Origin: Salmonella phage vB_SenS-3
Sequence record: OR896822.1
Direction: 5' to 3' (one strand)
Length of the DNA: 64,000 nucleotides
Shown here: positions 60,954 through 64,000 of the stretch, one piece after another
Numbering within the stretch: position 1 is the stretch's first letter
Layout: each line of letters starts with the position of its first letter
Translations under genes and position numbers: made by a program
The notes under the pieces: model-generated
What the model was told of the DNA's origin: nothing
Databases searched by the model: none
The model's input: the letters and a program-made list of their open reading frames with translations, nothing else

Positions 60954-61052
60954 TTGATTTAACAACTGTTACGGCAATCTTAATCTTCGGTTTAGTGGTT
61001 GCAGTTTTCATAATCGTTGAGCAGGCCAAAGTAATACGGAGACTTAAAAACA

Positions 61053-61253
61053 ATGCTAAGACTTCTTAGTTCCAAGCTCTCCCAATCCATTTGGGAGTAT
61101 TTTATAATTCTACCAGCTTTTATGTTAAGTTGTGCAATCATTAACATTATGTATCAAGAAGCTGGTTGGACAGTCCAAGATTTCCACATTTCACAAGTTC
61201 TTCCCTTCATGTATGAAGGCGTTATCGCAGCAATAAATGGAGTTCGTAAATGA
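61053..61253 (+). CDS. small membrane protein
   Basis: 66 aa with a hydrophobic helix. Confidence 0.4.
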   Translation: MLRLLSSKLSQSIWEYFIILPAFMLSCAIINIMYQEAGWTVQDFHISQVLPFMYEGVIAAINGVRK

Positions 61254-61717
61254 CAGCACTGCAAAGATTACAAAATTACTGGTTTGATGGCCAATTTAAT
61301 GATTTATTCATCCAGTTGTTTGTCGAAACGAATGGACGCTTTAACTACCGCTTCTTTAATACCTTCCATGAAACGAAGTTCTCACATACAGAGATTAATG
61401 CGGCGATTCAAGATCTCACCGGTTCTAAGGTAGTTCCTTATCGTGATGTAGATTTTGCACCTGACTGTTTTGGTTTTGAACTGTTCAAGAAAGCATATAA
61501 GTTCGGTAAGTTTGAAAATGCACGACATTGGGTTCATGACTTCTGGTATAATACCGATATCGTTCCTAGCCGTGTACTGATCCTCAACTGGATTGCTAAA
61601 CAACATCCGCCGAAAGCACAATCGGCATTCCTTCCAACTGATACAGGAAACCTTTACCATGACACAAAAGAAAAATCCAGTGCTAGAGCAGATGAAGCAG
61701 TTGGAGAAGCAGATTGA
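61250..61717 (+). CDS. hypothetical protein
   Basis: 155 aa; start overlaps previous stop. Confidence 0.5.
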   Translation: MTALQRLQNYWFDGQFNDLFIQLFVETNGRFNYRFFNTFHETKFSHTEINAAIQDLTGSKVVPYRDVDFAPDCFGFELFKKAYKFGKFENARHWVHDFWYNTDIVPSRVLILNWIAKQHPPKAQSAFLPTDTGNLYHDTKEKSSARADEAVGEAD

Positions 61718-62042
61718 GGAAGGAAGCGTTGATGGGCAGTCAATTGTCAATCATGCTTTCGATCTTACAGTAGGATGTGCTAATCCGCTGGTGGCAGGTG
61801 AAACAACAGATATTCTTGGGCTTTTAATGGCTGTTGGCCAGTTAATTGAGATTACCAAAGAAGAGTTAGACAAGGATGAAGAAGTAACTGTTCATGATGT
61901 TCTTGGTGCTCTAGATCTGATTGTTAATGCTTATGCCTATAAACGCCGCCACTCAATTGATGAATATCTAGTTTCTCGAGAGATTACCGAATCTCTTCTG
62001 GAAACCGCTGATATGGCCTTAAACGGCAAGCAACTTCACTAA
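61659..62042 (+). CDS. hypothetical protein
   Basis: start set at internal ATG (MTQKKNP...) after RBS AGGAAA. Confidence 0.45.
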   Translation: MTQKKNPVLEQMKQLEKQIEEGSVDGQSIVNHAFDLTVGCANPLVAGETTDILGLLMAVGQLIEITKEELDKDEEVTVHDVLGALDLIVNAYAYKRRHSIDEYLVSREITESLLETADMALNGKQLH

Positions 62043-62048
62043 TCCTAG

Positions 62049-62077
62049 AGGCCAGGACTTAATTGTTCTGGCCTTTC
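62049..62077 (+). terminator. putative terminator
   Basis: AGGCCAG...CTGGCCT hairpin followed by TTCG/T-rich. Confidence 0.45.
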
Positions 62078-62605
62078 GTGTATGCTATGAGAGATAAAAT
62101 AAACGAATTACTTTATGAGGAAGCATTACAATTCCCCATAAATAGCTTCACTAAATCAGATGGATCTATTAATAGAACTAAGCTCAAACAACTTCATCCA
62201 GACTTCCAGCAAGACGCACTTAATCTTATCTTTATCAGGAGAGCTGTAGAAGCACATGGTAAGTTCTTTGGATATGAAAGAGTTAAGTATAGAACTATGC
62301 AGCAGCAGGTTGAGATCTATTGCCCAGATCACGATGGTTACTTCTTGCAAACTGCACGGTCTCACTTAGAAGGACATGGTTGCCGATTATGCGCTCATAA
62401 AGTTGTGACACGCTTAACAGAGTATGGAGTGTACACCGTACCAGCACCTTTCCACAAATTTGTAGTTGACGGTGAGCATATAATTTGGTATAATAAAGAT
62501 CAAAAGTTAAAACAGGAGTTAAAGAAAGATGGAGTACGTAGTCTGGTCAAACCCATTAGCTCTACTCTCCCACAAACTGTTCAAGACGACGTGGGGAAGG
62601 CATGA
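62063..62605 (+). CDS. hypothetical protein
   Basis: 180 aa; Cys/His cluster CPDHDG...HGCRLCAH. Confidence 0.5.
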   Translation: MFWPFVYAMRDKINELLYEEALQFPINSFTKSDGSINRTKLKQLHPDFQQDALNLIFIRRAVEAHGKFFGYERVKYRTMQQQVEIYCPDHDGYFLQTARSHLEGHGCRLCAHKVVTRLTEYGVYTVPAPFHKFVVDGEHIIWYNKDQKLKQELKKDGVRSLVKPISSTLPQTVQDDVGKA

Positions 62606-62813
62606 AGTCTTTATAGATACAAATCCTTATCCAAATAGCCCTCCATTAGTTCCTACATTATTTAAGGTAAAAATTGATGGTAAAGAATATTTACTAGATT
62701 CTTTTGGGCATGAGTTTGTAATAGAAGCTGTAGAAAATAATAGTATCTCTATGCGTGAAGTAATTAATAGAGTAGCCACCTTTGATAAGAGTTGGATGTT
62801 AATCTGGGGTTAA
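62529..62813 (+). CDS. hypothetical protein
   Basis: 94 aa ORF overlapping previous gene by 77 nt; start uncertain. Confidence 0.35.
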   Translation: MEYVVWSNPLALLSHKLFKTTWGRHEVFIDTNPYPNSPPLVPTLFKVKIDGKEYLLDSFGHEFVIEAVENNSISMREVINRVATFDKSWMLIWG

Positions 62814-63039
62814 TATGGAAATTATAGTAAGTGTCTTAGTAGTTATGTTATTCATCGTAATACTCGTATCTTTCGCTATTATGCGTAGAACTAGCAGCAG
62901 ATCTAACAAAGTTACGTGGCGAAGTAGCTGGTTTTAAACTACAACGTGAAGCTCTCAAGTTATTCGTGGCTCAAGGTAGCCTAGAACATAAAGCGGAAGA
63001 CTTTATCGTATATCTTAAACATTACATGGGAATCAAATA

Positions 63040-63225
63040 ATGGAAACATTACTTCTTGTATTACTAGGCGGCTCACTCTTAACCATCCTAGGCTTGATAA
63101 TTGTGTGCAGTCGCCTCAATACTAAGAATCTAGAGTTAATCTGTGAGAATGAAATTCTCAATAATGAACTCTTTCAATATAACATCGCAGCTCATAAACT
63201 GTTAGACAAACTGGAGAATATATAA
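63040..63225 (+). CDS. small membrane protein
   Basis: 61 aa, N-terminal TM helix. Confidence 0.4.
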   Translation: METLLLVLLGGSLLTILGLIIVCSRLNTKNLELICENEILNNELFQYNIAAHKLLDKLENI

Positions 63226-63830
63226 TGTTTACACAACAACCTATTCAAGTAGTACCGGATCATGAACTGAACACATGGGATTATAGCTTTAAAGATTTAA
63301 CTGCTACTGTACAATTCAAATCTATGAAGCTAACATTTGCACACAATGACCTTAGAGCATGTAAAGATCTTGAGGGTAAGCTCGAAGATGCTCGCAAGAT
63401 TTTTGGTAAGGCCCGCATCCCGGCGGATAATCTGATTAATGCACTGATCGATGCAGGATACAAACTCGTGAAGACTGAGGTGAACCGCCCGAGTACTACA
63501 ACTATTCCTCGTAATGACCCTTGGCATATTACTGCACTGACTAATTCTGATAAAAGATTAATGTCTGATATGCACAATGTTCCTTGTGGTGGCGTGGTAA
63601 GCAATACGCAATCATATAAGTTTGGGGAGGATTGCAGTCCTTCTGTACAATTGAAACATACTCAAGAAGCTCTTGAATCTGATATGCGAAGCGTAGCACC
63701 AGCGGATACTGGAGTTTCTAGGAACTCATACACCATTCATCTGAGTACACCATCTAGTAGAAATGAGAGCTTTGCTGATGCAGTTATGGAAGCTCTTGTT
63801 GATCTGACTAATAGTAAGGGTTTTAATTAA
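63225..63830 (+). CDS. hypothetical protein
   Basis: 201 aa; start overlaps previous stop. Confidence 0.5.
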   Translation: MFTQQPIQVVPDHELNTWDYSFKDLTATVQFKSMKLTFAHNDLRACKDLEGKLEDARKIFGKARIPADNLINALIDAGYKLVKTEVNRPSTTTIPRNDPWHITALTNSDKRLMSDMHNVPCGGVVSNTQSYKFGEDCSPSVQLKHTQEALESDMRSVAPADTGVSRNSYTIHLSTPSSRNESFADAVMEALVDLTNSKGFN

Positions 63831-64000
63831 TGGAACTAGTTACTGAATTTACTATAGGCCACTGCAAGGTGGCTTTTCTCAATGAAAAGTCTTTTAATAA
63901 CGAAGAAACTATTGGGATCTTTGAAATTAAGGAGGATGAATATGAACGTGTGGAAAGGCTAGCGTATTTATTCTTTGCTGATGGTCATTTAATGAATGAT

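Overview
This window reads as the early region of a T5-like (Tequintavirus-type) lytic coliphage; everything below is from reading the sequence and ORF track by eye, with no searches or folding run. Left part (1-19.6 kb, minus strand): a DNA replication block with family A DNA polymerase, DnaG-like primase, DnaB-like helicase, a split NAD-dependent DNA ligase (ligB/ligA), a large P-loop helicase, a Sir2-family protein and anaerobic ribonucleotide reductase NrdD. Right part (19.9-64 kb, plus strand): PhoH, NrdA/NrdB, DHFR, thymidylate synthase, RNase H, a NadR-PnuC NAD salvage pair, a GrcA-like glycyl-radical protein, about 30 tRNA genes interleaved with five HNH homing endonucleases, a lysis cassette (spanins, holin, L-Ala-D-Glu peptidase endolysin), phosphatases and many small hypothetical genes. 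About 25 copies of one sigma70-type promoter-leader module (-35 TTGCTW, 17 bp, -10 TATAAT) head the plus-strand transcription units, with six similar promoters on the minus strand. Most notable: a phage NAD module (NadR/PnuC, Sir2, NAD-dependent ligase), GrcA next to NrdD, a CheY-like receiver-domain protein, and several ORF-free structured regions inside and beside the tRNA cluster. tRNA anticodon calls were folded by hand and are provisional.
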